Below are positions 12,457 through 27,092 of a stretch of 64,000 bases of DNA, in pieces (the stretch's first letter is position 1; every line of letters starts with the position of its first letter). Source of the DNA: Eledone cirrhosa (Eukaryota); assembly GCA_964016885.1 (NCBI GenBank), contig OZ024748.1:26102001-26166000 (forward strand). Direction: 5' to 3'. Made by a program: the position numbers and the translations under genes. A model generated the notes under the pieces. It saw nothing but the letters and a program-made list of their open reading frames with translations, was not told the origin of the DNA and ran no database searches.

Positions 12457-12648
12457 AATTGTTTCTACTTTTGGCACAAGGCCATCAATTACCCAGTGCA
12501 TTACTGGTACTTTATTTTATCGACCCCGTAAGGATGAAAGGCAAAGTTAACCTCGGCGGGATTTGAACTCAGATCATACAGGGAGGTAACTCTATGCTTC
12601 AAAGCATGGCATCCGACCCTCTACCGATACTGCCAATCCACCGCCTTA
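12457..12648 (-). mobile_element. tRNA-derived SINE (MetaSINE-like central domain) with 15-bp TSD
   Basis: A and B boxes plus the GCCTTTCATCCTTACGGGGTCGATAAAATAAAGTACC domain. TSD TCCAACAGACAATAT at 12442-12456 and 12649-12663. About 20 further copies or fragments occur in the window (e.g. ~11660, 12106, 20606, 24800, 30915-31520, 38960-39510, 39684, 44458, 46303, 51260, 51536). Confidence 0.85.
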
Positions 12649-12714
12649 TCCAACAGACAATATTATGAAGGTGTTTCTCTAAAGAATGAATGGCAAGGCA
12701 GAAACCCTAAAATA

Positions 12715-12990
12715 ACCCTTCCACCTGGAAGGGCTCATTTCACCTTGAAGGGAATATTCCACCTTGAGGAGCATATTCCATCTTGAGAGGCTCATTCCAT
12801 CTTGAGGAGCTCATCCCACCTTGAAGGGAATATTCTAACTTGAGAGGCTAATTCCACCTCGAAGGGTATATTCCATCTTAAGGGGCTCGTTCCATATTGA
12901 GGGGCTCATTCCATCTTGAGGAGCTCATTCCGTCTTGAGGAGCTCATTCCGTCTTGAGGGGCTCATTCTATCTTGAGGAGCTCATTCCTG
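12715..12990 (+). repeat. Degenerate ~19-bp minisatellite
   Basis: CTCATTCCATCTTGAGGAG-like units. Confidence 0.75.
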
Positions 12991-13287
12991 TTGAAAGCCA
13001 TCTATATCCCGATTAGGTCATTTGAAGGACAAATGCTGGAAGTTTCCATGGCTGTAGGCTGGAAAAGAAACCTGTGAGAGAACAGCCAGTATTTTGACAC
13101 CTTGTGATTGTCAATCTGTTAAGTGACGAAGTCTAGGCCTAATGTTGATTTCTCCAGGTTGTTGCTGGAACTATTCATAGACTTTTATATAATTTTTGAA
13201 TCTTGGAAATAAAATGTCTAGTTGACTAAATATATATGGTAAAATTTAGATGCACACAGGTTTAAGAGAACTCTTCAGTTGAGTTAA

Positions 13288-13522
13288 GGACATGATAACA
13301 TCTGTAATGATGGTGACATGGACATGATAACATCTGTAATGATGGTGACATGGACATGATAACATCTGTAATGATGGTGACATGGACATGATAACATCTG
13401 TAATGATGGTGACATGGACATGATAACATCTGTAATGATGGTGACATGGACATGATAACATCTGTAATGATGGTGACATGGACATGATAACATCTGTAAT
13501 GATGGTGACATGGACATGATAA
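13288..13522 (+). repeat. 32-bp tandem repeat, ~7 copies
   Basis: GGACATGATAACATCTGTAATGATGGTGACAT repeated perfectly. Confidence 0.92.
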
Positions 13523-14048
13523 AGGCATTCAGTACATTTTGTAAAGTGGTTAAAGCTAGGAAGGGCATCCAGTTGTAGAAAATTTGCCAAAGGGTTGAGA
13601 AGAATTTTTAGTTATGTCAAAGACATGTTGATGACAATAAATGCACCCAGTACACTCTGTAAATTGGTTGGCAATAGGAAGAGCGTCCTGTTGTAGAAAG
13701 TTTGCCAACCAAAGGTTTGGGAGGACCTGACAACCTTGCTGATGCTGGTGCCACAATAGAACACACCCAGTGCATTCTGTAGATTGTGGGAATGTATGTA
13801 AGTAAGATGCATGCCTTCAGTCCATCTGAGAGGTCAATAGCACATATTAAGTACTGACTTTGCTGGAGACAACCCATCCAACTCTTGTTAGCAGGGGAAA
13901 CACCTTAAATGATGACTGCAACATAGAAATGTTATTGAATTATTTGCCTAAATGCAGTACTTATTTACAGTTGGACATTAAACAGTTTATATAAACAGAG
14001 CAGCAGTAGTATTTCTTTAATCAATTTCTGTTTTCTTTTAATTTTAAG

Positions 14049-14198
14049 GAACTATATAAATCATCATCTTATCACTATATGAAAGACCAATTCCATAAGT
14101 CCAGTGTAACCAGTGAGAAATACTGCCGTAGTAAAACTGATCTTCAATATCAAGCTATGACATACCTTACTTTTCTGGAAAGTTCTCGATTACATCAG
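14049..14198 (+). CDS. FMC1: FMC1 coding exon 2
   Basis: Pyrimidine tract and AG acceptor; 150 nt encoding ELYKSSSYHYMKDQFHKSSVTSEKYCRSKTDLQYQAMTYLTFLESSRLHQ; donor GTAAGT. Matches human VTSEKLCR...QAATYL. Confidence 0.93.
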
Positions 14199-15429
14199 GT
14201 AAGTTTACATTAGAAGAGAGGGTGTGTACGTGTAAAAGATTTAATGTTACTGTAACTCTGTGCCTGTTAATATTGGGGACAGATATAAGCCTGCTTAAAA
14301 CATGTATAATATATAGCATGGGTAGGTAGGCAGGTGTTGGGGTATATTTAATGAAATGATAATGTCCTTTATTTCCTACTTATTCGTAAGTTAGCGCAAC
14401 AGACAGATTTGGTTTTAGTGAAACCCGAAGCTATATATAATTTGGTGGCCCCATGTTAAAAAATTATACAAGGTCTCACGAAAATTAAATATGCCTTTTA
14501 ATTATTTTGAAGCCCCTTAAGCCATGTATTCTCATAAGCTCTAAATTTTTGATTGAATCATGGGGCATCATCATAACAACCATTTGCTACGCTAATAAAC
14601 ACATGCATGCAACATATATGCATACTAACATACATGCACACACATACACACACATATATACATATGATGGGTGATGTTTATATATATACATACACGTGCA
14701 CATGTATGTATTTATATATATATTTTTTTGGTGGCGTCAATGCCATTTTGGTGTCTGCGATTAAGCTGGCTAAATTCTCTGACCACTCCAACCACAAAGA
14801 TGGCAAACGCCATGCATACACACACACCCCCAATACATCAAGATAACGCAGCAAAAATACATTCTATTTTCCCTTGACAATTTTTCAACTCATCTCTACA
14901 ATACCACAGTCACACACACATCCCAACATAAGTAATGAAACATACACTCATACACACACATGCGCAGGCACACGCACACACCCAAATACACAACCACTCC
15001 TAAAAATTATAAAAAATTATAAAAAATATAAACAATTTATTCTAAAACTTTTCTTTAACAGACTTCTATGTAGGTATCATGTAGGTGTCATGACAAAAGC
15101 TCCCAGCCTGCACTGTAAAGGGGTCATGTAGGTGTCTCAACAAAAAGTACCCAGTACTCACTGCAAATGTGGTTGGAGTTAGGAAGGGTATCCAGTTGTA
15201 GAAACCAAGCCAAAATTAGTTCTGTATGAGCAAGACATGGTCACCTGACCTGGCATTTCTCACAGCAGAACAACTCATCTAACTCATGCTAGTGTGGAAA
15301 AATGGACGTTGAACAGTGATGATATATATATATATTATCACATACATGAAAAGAAAGAGTTTAGCATTGAATATTGTTTTTCTTTTTTTGTTTAGTGATG
15401 TTTTCATAATAATGTTTCTGATGTTGCAG

Positions 15430-15540
15430 GAGTTGACAGACATATACAAAGGAGAGGGTGAAAGGAGTGTTGAATCTAGTGCTGCACTGGTTGGGCTTAA
15501 GTTACCGAAGAATTATGTTCCAGAAACTAAACTGGAATAA
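15430..15540 (+). CDS. FMC1: FMC1 coding exon 3 (terminal)
   Basis: Acceptor ttgcag; ELTDIYKGEGERSVESSAALVGLKLPKNYVPETKLE*. Matches the human GKGERSVEESAGLVGLKLP motif. Spliced product is 110 aa. Confidence 0.93.
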   Translation, partial: ELTDIYKGEGERSVESSAALVGLKLPKNYVPETKLE

Positions 15541-15541
15541 A
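15536..15541 (+). terminator. Candidate polyadenylation signal overlapping the FMC1 stop codon
   Basis: GAA TAA A gives AATAAA. A second AATAAA lies near 15626. Confidence 0.4.
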
Positions 15542-15715
15542 CACTTTTAATAACTTACGATTTCTTGTAAAAAAAATATATATATATATATATTAAATGA
15601 AAAAAAAAAAAGAAAATTTGCAAAAATAAAATCAGTAATTTAACAAAATGTTTTTGTTTTCAGTTAATTCATTATTTTTTTTGTGAATGATTAATGATTG
15701 GAAATAATAACTTGA

Positions 15716-15757
<42 letters not shown>

Positions 15758-15924
15758 ACACACACACACAATTCCACTCTCTGAGCGACAGTAGCTATAA
15801 TCTGAAAAGATCAACATCATCGGTAACTACTGAGCCACAAGTTTTATGTGGGAGTTATCCTAGTTTCTTGAGTTGCCTTCTAGAAGAATGCCCTGACAAA
15901 TGTATGTATGCATATATACATACA

Positions 15925-16510
15925 TCTTAGTCTTAGTTCCTCCAGTCCCTTGTGGAACATTAGGCGACGAGCTTCCTCCACTTGATCCTGTCACTGGCGG
16001 CCCTTCTAGCACCTCTCCAGGTAATTCCCATCTCCCGCAGGTCCTCCCTGAATGTGCTCCGCCATGTTTTTCGTGGTCTTCCCCGTTCTCTCCTGCGACC
16101 TTCTGGTACCCAATCCATGGCAATATGAGCAGGTCGATCTGCCGGCAAACGAAGGATGTGGCCTGCGAACCGCCGTCTCCTTTTCCGGACAATGTCCCTT
16201 TATCTCTCCAATCCTGACCCCCTCATCACTTCCTCGTTGCTAACTTCGTCTCTCCATGAAATTTTCAATATGGTCTGAATGCAACGACGGTGGAATACAT
16301 CAAGCTTGTTACATACACTGCTTTTCCCAGCCTTGTGCGCACATCCACCTCAGCATCCCCATCGTCAGAGATGTTGTTGCCAAGGTATTGGAAGTGGTTT
16401 ACACATTCAATGTTATGCTGACCAACCATGATGGGAGGATTTGGAGGGTCACCTGTCATCATGGTCTTGGTTTTTTCACAACTGATGCGCAGGCCAACTT
16501 TCTCTGTAGT
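15925..16510 (-). mobile_element. RTE-clade LINE 3' fragment (second family)
   Basis: IECVNHFQYLG...DVRTRLGKA and [24 protein letters not shown]; (CTAAGA)n tail. Confidence 0.8.
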
Positions 16511-16592
16511 GTCTTACATACATATACATACATACATGTGTATATATATAATATATATTTTATATATATATAATATATATTTTATATATATA

Positions 16593-16861
16593 CAGGGTGA
16601 GGTAAAAGTTGCGCACCAGAGGGGTTAATTAATCATGTTTTAAATGTCTAATTTGATTTTTTTCTGTGAGGCCATTTGAAATCAGTTGTTTATCAGAAAG
16701 AATTAAATATGAATGTAGTAAAATGAATCATACAGGCACAGAATTGAAATGTGTTTTGAAAGAGGAGGCACATATAACAAATAACTAGTGAATAAAATTT
16801 TCATGTGTAATTATGATTTTAATAAATTATCCCGATGATGTGCGACTTTTGCCTCACCCTG
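16593..16861. mobile_element. Tc1/mariner-type MITE
   Basis: TIR CAGGGTGAGG(T/C)AAAAGT(T/C)GC(G/A)CA at both ends, flanked by TA. Confidence 0.85.
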
Positions 16862-16877
16862 TATACATATATATATA

Positions 16878-17751
16878 CTAGGTGTGTCAGAAAAGTTTCA
16901 GGACTGATGTAACAAAAGATTTATTTCAAACCCAAACTTCACACTAAGAGTTTTCTCCTTCAATGCACTTTTCCATCCTTTTCTGCCACGCTTGCATGCA
17001 CTCCTGGAAGGATTCTTCCGGGATCCTTCGCAGTTCCATCGTCACAGCCTTTTTGATGTTGTCCACGTCTTCAAAACGGGTCCCCTCCGGGTCGTACTCG
17101 AAGATCCATGATTCATCACCGGTGATGACTGTCCCTAGCAAGTCTGGTTCAGTTTCAAGACGCTCGAGGATGTCCTGGCACACTTGCATATGTCGACCCT
17201 TATGGTCATCGTTCAGCAGTTTTGGCACCATCTTTGCACAGACGTTCCGCATGTCCAAATCTTCAGTGAGAATCTTCCAGACGCTGTCCCGATTCATGCC
17301 CAGCTCATTTGCCATCAGTCAAACAGTCAGCCGACGATCGCTACGCACCATCTGCCTGACACGCTCAACGTTGACCTCAGTCCTGGTTGTTGAGGGCCTT
17401 CCGCTCGTGGGGTCATCTTCCACGTCCTCGCGCCCTTCTTTAAACCTCTTGCACCACTCAAAAACATGTGAGCGTGACATTGTCTCATCTCCATACACTT
17501 GCTGCAGCACTCCCAGTGCTTCTGACGGAGTTTTCAAGTTTGTTCGTTGCTCTGTCTCATTGCTTGACGACCTGAAACAGAGGACATGTATATAAAATTA
17601 TGAAGAAAAAAGTTTGATCGCTGCAGAGAGCTAAGATTACAGTTACATACTCCAGAGGGATTACTGTGAAGGAGAAAACTCTTAGTGTGAAGTTTGGGTT
17701 TGAAATAAATCTTTTGTGATATCAGTCCTGGAACTTTTCTGACATACCTCG
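16878..17751 (-). mobile_element. Mariner transposon, internally deleted
   Basis: About 85-bp TIRs and TA TSD. Transposase fragments VFEWCKRFKEGREDVEDDPTSGRP, AKMVPKLL, ITGDESWIFEYDPE are fused directly to GTRFEDV, so the later catalytic aspartates are deleted. Confidence 0.92.
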
Positions 17752-17961
17752 TATATATACATACACACATACATATATATATGTATATATGAATACATAT
17801 ATATATATTCATATATATGAGCATGTGTATTTGTGTATACGTAAATATTTAAAAACTGTCACTTCCAACTTGTTTATCATATTAGCCACACCCGTCATAT
17901 TTGCCATATATATATTGAGTCATTTGAAATAAAAACATTTTTACTGTTGATTTGCTACACA

Positions 17962-18021
<60 letters not shown>

Positions 18022-18032
18022 GTATATATATG

Positions 18033-18067
<35 letters not shown>

Positions 18068-18147
18068 GAATGTATGTATAGTATATTTGGCAATATACCG
18101 CATGTTTAATTAAAAACATTTAGAAGACCATTCACTATTAGTTTTAA

Positions 18148-18367
18148 CCCATTAATGTTCAAACTGGCCAAAACCGGCCAGAATTCTCTACCTTTCTCTG
18201 TTGAAACTGGCTGTAACTGGTCACTCAAACTGATGTTGAGGTATTGTTCTCAAAATAAATACTTTCAAAATCTCATCGATTCGATATTATGTGAGATAAT
18301 TATGTGAGATAAAGCATTTACCATGAAATTACAATAGTATATATAGAGTAATGTGAATGCTAAAGAG
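18148..18367. mobile_element. Possible decayed piggyBac-type MITE
   Basis: TTAA flanks; imperfect ends CCCATTAATGTTCA versus CTCTTTAGCATTCA. Confidence 0.4.
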
Positions 18368-18639
18368 TTAAAGTAGTGACTATACCACTTACTTACTTTC
18401 GGCAAAAACGAGGGAGAATGATTGACAGTCTGCTATTTCAGGGCACCAATACTAATACCTAATTTTTGATGGACCGGCAACCACTCCGTATAATCAGCTC
18501 CCGGTTATTACTGGAATTCTATAAGAATCTAATTTCTATAAGTTTTGGTGGAGGCAGGGGAGTGTGTGGTTTTGATAAATGCCAACTAGTGAGAAACAGA
18601 CTCTCTCTCGTACTATGGGGGCTATACAATACACACACA

Positions 18640-19066
18640 TGTGCGAGGCTGCAAGGTAGTGAAACGTGGGCTGTGACTGCAGAGTACATGCGTAGACTGG
18701 AGAGAAATGAAGCAACCATACTTTGTTGGATGTCCAGTATAAGTGTGAGAGAAAGGCAGAGCTTGGACGAGTTGAGGGAGAAAATGAGTTCAAGAGGAAT
18801 CCGAGGCGGTGTACAGGAGAGAAGACTGCGTTGGTATGGACAATGACTGATGGGTGAAGAAGTGCCAGGAAATCCCAGTGGAAGGAAACCGCAGTAGAGG
18901 ACGACCAAGTAATACCTGCGATTCAGGTTGTGATAGCTGATCTTAAATCACTAAGACTGGCAGAGGAGATAATGAAGGAACGCAACAAGTGGAGAGATGC
19001 CATGGTGAGAAGGACTCGTCGAATCCATGCAAGCATGGAAAAGCGGACCTAAAAACAATGATGATG
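18640..19066 (+). mobile_element. Decayed RTE 3' fragment
   Basis: [19 protein letters not shown]...RRLRWYG; tail ATGATGATG. Confidence 0.8.
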
Positions 19067-19301
19067 AAGATATATGGATGTATAGAGCAATAATTATTCT
19101 AATTCAGCTAGAAGGAAGATAACTACGAAATATGACTATACGCGCTTAGCTCCCTTATAAGCATGATGATAAATTTGTACCTGTATATACACAGTACGGT
19201 GGAAACTAAGACTACACAAATACATGCACACACACACCCAAATATATATATATTTATATATATATAAGAAATGTAAATCTGAGTTTTTCGAATATTAATA
19301 A

Positions 19302-19894
19302 CTAGCAGTAAAGCTCGGCGTTGCTCGGGGTCGCTCAGTAGCTGTGTTAAAGTTACAATGTTAAGTTTCTTTTTTGGCTTAAAGTCTGTCTGCACGACTG
19401 TCTGTCTGCACGCCGAACAAAATTTACAGATACATATATTTTAAATAAACTTATATAATTTTTGCTTTTTTTTACGAAATATTTGCTTGTTTTACGTAGT
19501 CTTTAAATAGACTTGTTTTCAAGTAAAAATATTGTTTTAAAAGGCTTTTAAATGGAAATGAAGCAAAACGGAAGCTATGTGTTCGAACTGATGAATTTTG
19601 CAGGTCAAAATTTTGCTGGCTCGACAACTGTTCGTGTATTGTAACAGAACGTAAGACGCTCAATGTAAACAGAACAAAGGGAAATAACTCGTCACTTACG
19701 CTCAAAAATCGATACATTAGATTCGATTTCGTCACATAGGGTGGGTCAATTTGAAATATTTTTTTTCCGATGTCTTCGCTAGGGCTCAATGTACAAGTAT
19801 AGCAATTTCGGTGCAATTCCATCAGAGATTCTAAGAGGAGATGTGTGCCAAAAATCGATAGACAGACAGACAACCACAGCTTTATATATATAGA
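19302..19894 (-). mobile_element. Non-autonomous Helitron
   Basis: On the minus strand it starts 5'-TC, ends CTAG-3' and has a subterminal hairpin CCCGAGCAACGCCGAG. Inserted between A and T with no TSD. It interrupts a repeat whose empty site is seen near 20270-20300. Confidence 0.8.
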
Positions 19895-20379
19895 TTATAT
19901 TCGATTCGTTTGCAATTATACAAACAGCCCCTTAAGCGATGTCAGTAGCATAACTCCGTCATTTTTACTCTTGTGTTGGTATATATACAGAACGGCAAAC
20001 ACTAATTTTTCTGGGTTGTTACCCTTCATCAGTACCGTTTACCTGCCAACTGTCAGACTGATCGGCCTGATTTGTATATTAACAGACTGCCTGGTCAGCT
20101 AGATGTGCATATTAGCAGACCCACTGATCAGCCAGATGTGCATATCAGCAGACTGGCCAGTCAATTTTATGTATACGAGTGATTAATGACTGGCTTTGCT
20201 ATAGTCAAATAACTAACAAATAGTTTTATCGCTCTACATGGCCGAATACAAGAAATTTAAATCTGAGTTTTTCGAACATTAATAATAATAATCGATTCGT
20301 TTGCAATGATGCAAACAACCTCTTAAGTCAGTAGAATGGCTCCGTCATTCTTGCTCTTGTGTTGGCATATAAACAGAAT

Positions 20380-20422
20380 GGCAAACACTAATGTTTCTGG
20401 GTTATTACCCTTCATCAGTACC
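20380..20422 (-). ncRNA. Hammerhead ribozyme motif (sister copies 19994-20036 minus; truncated 20473-20510 plus)
   Basis: GGTA-CTGATGA-AGGGT-AATA-ACCC-A-GAAA-CATTAGTG-TT-TGCC; stem I GGTA/TGCC. Confidence 0.7.
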
Positions 20423-20934
20423 ATATACTGTTTACCTGCCAACTGTCAGAGCTAGTGAAAATATATATTTTATGATGAAGGGTAATAACCCAGAAACATT
20501 AGTGTCTGCCGTTCTGTTTATATACGAACATAAGAGAAAGAATGACGGGGTCATTCTACTGACATTGTTTAAGAAGCTGTTTGCATAATTGCAAACAAAT
20601 CGAATCAGACGCCATGCTTTCCAGTATAGTTATGTCCCTTTACGGTCTGAGTTCAAATTCCGTCAAGGTTAACTTTGCCTTTCATCCTTACGGGGTCGAT
20701 AAAATAAAGTACCAGTAATGCACTGGTTAATTGCTGGCCTTGTGCCAAAAAAGTAGAAACAATTATTAATATTCGAAAAACTCATATTTACATTTCTTGT
20801 ATTCAGGCATGTAGAGCGATAAAACTATTAGTTATACATCATCATCATCATCATCATCATCATCGTTTAACGTCCATCTTCCACGCTAGCATGGGTTAGA
20901 CGGTTTTGTTCCATTTGATGCCAGACAGCAGCCT

Positions 20935-21510
20935 GTCTGTCCGAGTGTAGATGATGTTGGTGGAGGTGGAAGTGAAGGAATGGCGAATACGAAAGGAATT
21001 GTTCGTACTTTGAGAGTGGTGAGGCTGGTGATGTAGGGCAGAACAAGGGCGGGAACCAAGGAGGAGCGGAGGGGGTCGTAGGGGAGGGCGAGAAGGAACT
21101 GTGTAGAAGAAGATCACGGAGGTTGCGGGTGCGCTTATACGCAGTGATCGTTGGTTTGGGAAAAAGTGAAAAATGACAGAAACGAGGATTCAGAAGCAAT
21201 GAAGATGGGTGATGGGGGAGGTTAGTGGGTGAGAGGGCTGTGGTGCGGTTAGTATTACGGGCGCGGGTAAGGGCAGCTTGAATGACGGTGGGAGGATATC
21301 CACACTGGATGAGGCGAGAAGCCATGCGTTGAGACAGGAACTTGAAATCATGGTCCTGGCTGCAGAGTCGACGAAGACGGAGGAATTGGGAGTAGGGTAT
21401 AAGGAGTTTGGTGTGGGAGGAGCTGAAGTCGAGGTAGGAGTGGGAGTCAGCGAGTTTGTAGAAGATCGAAGTAGAGAAGATGTGGTGAGTATGATCGACA
21501 GATATATAAA
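20935..21510 (-). pseudogene. Decayed Penelope-like fragment (RT thumb to GIY-YIG start)
   Basis: YKLADSHSYLDFSSSH...IPYSQFLRLRRLCS...GYP...AYKRTRNLRDLL...FTSTSTNIIY. Confidence 0.82.
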
Positions 21511-21636
21511 CCAATACAGTCTATGCACCAAGCCCATGTGTATGCATGCCTGAACCCTTTAGTTATCATGCAGTCATATTTTGGGCATCTTAAATTTAAT
21601 GGAGCATATCCCTCCCCCAAGTCAGAACATATATAA

Positions 21637-21701
<65 letters not shown>

Positions 21702-21830
21702 AAGAGAGAGACTACTCTTTATCCACCTAATCTTAACTCTTTGACATTAGAGATAGAACAGATACTCTATACCATTTCCTGTCAGCATGACTTGGCAAGC
21801 TATTTAGAACACTGGTTTGAGAACTTTACT

Positions 21831-21868
21831 TCCCTCTGAAGAAGAGATATTATCTCGAAAATTAAGGA
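21831..21868 (+). ncRNA. Minimal hammerhead motif
   Basis: CCT-CTGAAGA-A-GAGAT-ATT-ATCTC-GAAA-ATTA-AGG. Confidence 0.6.
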
Positions 21869-21976
21869 CATTTAAATAAATCTAAGGTAAAAGACTAATT
21901 GTCAACAACATCTTTTGCATTTGCATTCTTTATTCTATGTCCATACCTGCATTGTTTTGGCTTTATTAATACAAAC

Positions 21977-23440
<1,464 letters not shown>

Positions 23441-23813
23441 TGGGTTATTTCCATACATACATACATACGTATACGAACGAGTCTGTATGTTTGGAGATAA
23501 CACATGCACACATGGGTGAATTAATACACTAACTATTATATCATCTGTTTCCACGACTTAGCTCTCCATAAGCTCGTTAACTTTAAAGTGCCTTCAGCGA
23601 GCCACCAAATGGTAGAAATAAATTGCAATAATTATCCCTGCCTTCAGTTTATTAATGCTGAAATAATTCTTTCAGCTGACAAATTTTTTACAAGCAATAT
23701 TCTGCACCTTTCTTTTTTGGTTTGTTTGTTCTTGTTTCATATAATCTTATTCAGTTTGCAATCCTTGAATAGTCACCCAATACTGATTTCATATGATAAA
23801 CCCTAGTGTTAGG

Positions 23814-23846
<33 letters not shown>

Positions 23847-24986
23847 TACCACCACCTTAACTTTAAAAAGAGAAGTTATTTTACATTTAAATTTATAATT
23901 CGTTCAACGCGTCTAAAAATACGAATGCTTATTCACCAGAATTTATTTTGTGGAATCTACTTTAGGAAATATTGCACTAATTAATGACACTGCCAAAGTT
24001 TTGTTGTTGATATCCTCGGGAACTATGATAATTTCCTTAGAATTCAGAGATGTGAGCGTGAATATTGGAACAACTGACTCCAATAAAGTAAATTTATGGC
24101 AGAAGAATGTGGGCAAGGCAAATCATCTGGCTTAATAAAATAGATGAAAAATCTATTTAGAATAATTTCATTTCGAAGTTTCACAGACACATTAAACCCT
24201 TTAACATCTTGTGATGATTTAGCAGAAAAACAACAGGGTTGTTGTGAATATCTAAAAAGGGTTGTTGTGAATATTGTTGTAAAAGACTTTAATTTTTCAA
24301 GTGCAGTTTTATAATTTTAAAGAATGTCTTACTAATATGGTTTCATGTGGTACAGGATGCTACGAGTTGAGATGCTTTGTTGATAAGTTCCATCAAGATG
24401 GATGTATGAATATTTTTTGTCTTATCATGAAATGAGAATGTTTGATGTCAAGCCCACATTATCTAATGTTCCCATCAGAAAAAATAATCAGTTTTATTCT
24501 CAGACAAAGGCCACAAAGTCATCTTATTATATACATTAGCCTAAACAAATCATAACATTCTTAATAATTTGTTTAAACACAACCCAGTTTTGTTTATAGA
24601 AACTTTCAACAAAATAGAAAGACAGTCTCTCGTATTTCAGTCTCAGCCACAGAAGTATGGTTTTGATCATCATTCAAAGTATCAAATGGAGTAGAAAGAA
24701 AAGAAGTTTTATTAGTTTCATTAAAATACATTGTTGCATTTGAAGTAATCAAAATATTTTAAACATGTCTCGCCCTCTTCTTACATTTCAGATAATGCTA
24801 ATAATGGTTTCGAATTTAGGAACAAGGCTAACAATTTTGTGGGGAGGGAAAACTCTTTAAATCGGCTCCAGTGCGTTACTGGTACTTTATTTTAACGAGC
24901 CCGCAAGGACGAAAGGCAAAGATAACCTCGGCGTGATTTGAACTCAACACATTTGGCCTCTTGTCATTTCACTTTATAATATATAT

Positions 24987-25253
24987 ATCATTATCATCAT
25001 CATCATCATCATCGTTTTACGTCCGTTCTTCCACGCTACCATAGGTTAGACGAGTTGACCTTGTCTTGCTCATACCGGAACTGATTCTGGCTTGATTTCT
25101 ACAGCTGGATGCCCTTCGTAACACCAACCTCATTTACAGTGAGTGGTGGGTGCTTTTTTTCCGTGGCACCTACATGTCCACTTTACAGTGTGGGCTGGGT
25201 GCTTTTTTGTCGTGGCACCTCCACGACCACTTTGCAGTGGGAGGGTGTGGGGG

Positions 25254-25258
<5 letters not shown>
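24987..25258 (-). mobile_element. RTE-tailed SINE-like / 3'UTR element (same family as 480-778)
   Basis: AAGGGCATCCAGCTGTAGAAA domain and (GAT)n tail. Related pieces at ~8502-8670, ~8910-9170 and ~15100-15320. Confidence 0.75.
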
Positions 25259-25344
<86 letters not shown>

Positions 25345-25500
25345 TATGTATACGTACATACATATATGTATACAGACGTACAGTAGTATGTATATATATA
25401 TATACATACATGCACACATATATATATGTACGTATACATACTTATATTTAAGTAACAGCCGTACTAAGAGTGAGAAATGAAATTTCGTTTCATTTTTTCC

Positions 25501-25536
<36 letters not shown>

Positions 25537-26229
25537 CAATTGCATATCACAATTGTTTAGAAACAATTGTGATATGCAAATAAAGTTTGTACATATACTG
25601 CAACACTGACTTCGATTCTTTTAAATATGGAAGTTATGAGTAAGATATGGAAACATGACTGGTCTAATCTCAGAACATGCCAACTCATCCAACTCATACC
25701 AGTGTGGAAAGCGACCGTAAAAACGATGAACATGATTATATATGTATACACACACGCACACACACACATATATATATTTCGTTTTTGAATTTGTTTTGCG
25801 AGATTTCTTATCTGGAAATGTGTGTTGAAACAGATAATATAGTGTCAAAGCTCTTTCGTCACACGTTCTGTGATCTCCTCAGTGACTGGGGTTTTATTTT
25901 GTGTCTCTTCTTTGTTCTGCGCTCCACCATCTTGTTTTTGTGTTGTATGCACACAACATATATATATATGTACACACACACACACACACATATATGAAGT
26001 GAGGTTTTGTGGTTGTTGTTGAAGAGGATGAATAAACACGACAAATACAATAATTTTGGTTAGATTTATAACTTTACTTCACTTCATTAAAAAGGAAAAC
26101 ATATTTGTTTATTATGTTTTAAATATATACATAAATAACATTACAAATGCTTCGATAACATTATAAATAGCTCGCGATTCATTCAGAAAGATATATTCTT
26201 TTAATGTTAAAGAAAATGTAAAGGAAAGG

Positions 26230-26465
26230 GTGAACAACCGAGCCAACACCAGAGCAAAAGACAGCAACGTCGCGAGGAGTACTGGGCAACTTCTCTAATG
26301 ATTTTTGAGGCAATCTAGCACACTCACAGCGTTGCCTCGGGTGATAGCGAGGCTGATGCACTGAAACAGCCAAGCGCCCTCGCGAGATTCGCCAGTTACC
26401 TCTATTAGGCGAGCCGCCAGTGAAGAGAGGAACCTCGCAGTCAGCGGCCCGACTCCCCCAAACGT
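26230..26465 (-). mobile_element. CRE-clade (restriction-like endonuclease) retrotransposon 3' end
   Basis: FGGVGPLTARFL...REGAWLFQCISLAITRGNA, the typical C-terminal motif. A short homologous piece lies at ~10125-10183 (+). Confidence 0.7.
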
Positions 26466-27054
26466 TAGATTACAAAGTGACAAGTTGTTTCAGGATGTAC
26501 ACACCAGCATAAGTAGCAGTAAGCTCGCAGTGCCAGGGAGCTGTGTTGTTTATATGAAGAGGTAGATGACTCTCTGTGTGTAGTTGAAATTCCGATGGAA
26601 GAATTGCTGTTGTTGGGCCCATGTCAACAGGGCCGAAGTTTTTTTTTGCCAAGTGCTACATCTCGCCACTTGCTTGAGCAGTTCCAAGTGATGCTTCTCT
26701 TCAGAGCTACCAGAGTTGACCGAGGCAAAAGAATTTATCTCGCTTTTACCTCAAGCTGAGCAGCCATTTCAGACAAACTGACGTCAACTCAGATAAAAGA
26801 GAAATAGCAGCTAGATGTCATTCGGGAGTCTGTGTGTGAAGAGATTTCGCTACACATATATATATATACACACTCACACAAACTTATTTGCTTAGAGCAG
26901 GGAAATTAAAGACAAACATGCATAATGTGCTCATATGTACATAAACATACATCGGTGGGTATTTATGTGGGCGTACATTAAAATATATATACACCTAAAC
27001 TCTAGATAACGATATTGATGTATACATTGGCACATACATGAACACAAACACACA

Positions 27055-27092
<38 letters not shown>

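Noticed and set aside
13246-13590. Cys/His-rich repetitive ORFs
   Set aside because: Product of a 32-bp tandem repeat inside FMC1 intron 1.
15316-15429. 5' part of ORF 15316..15540 as coding
   Set aside because: Intronic; FMC1 similarity begins only after the AG acceptor at 15428-15429.
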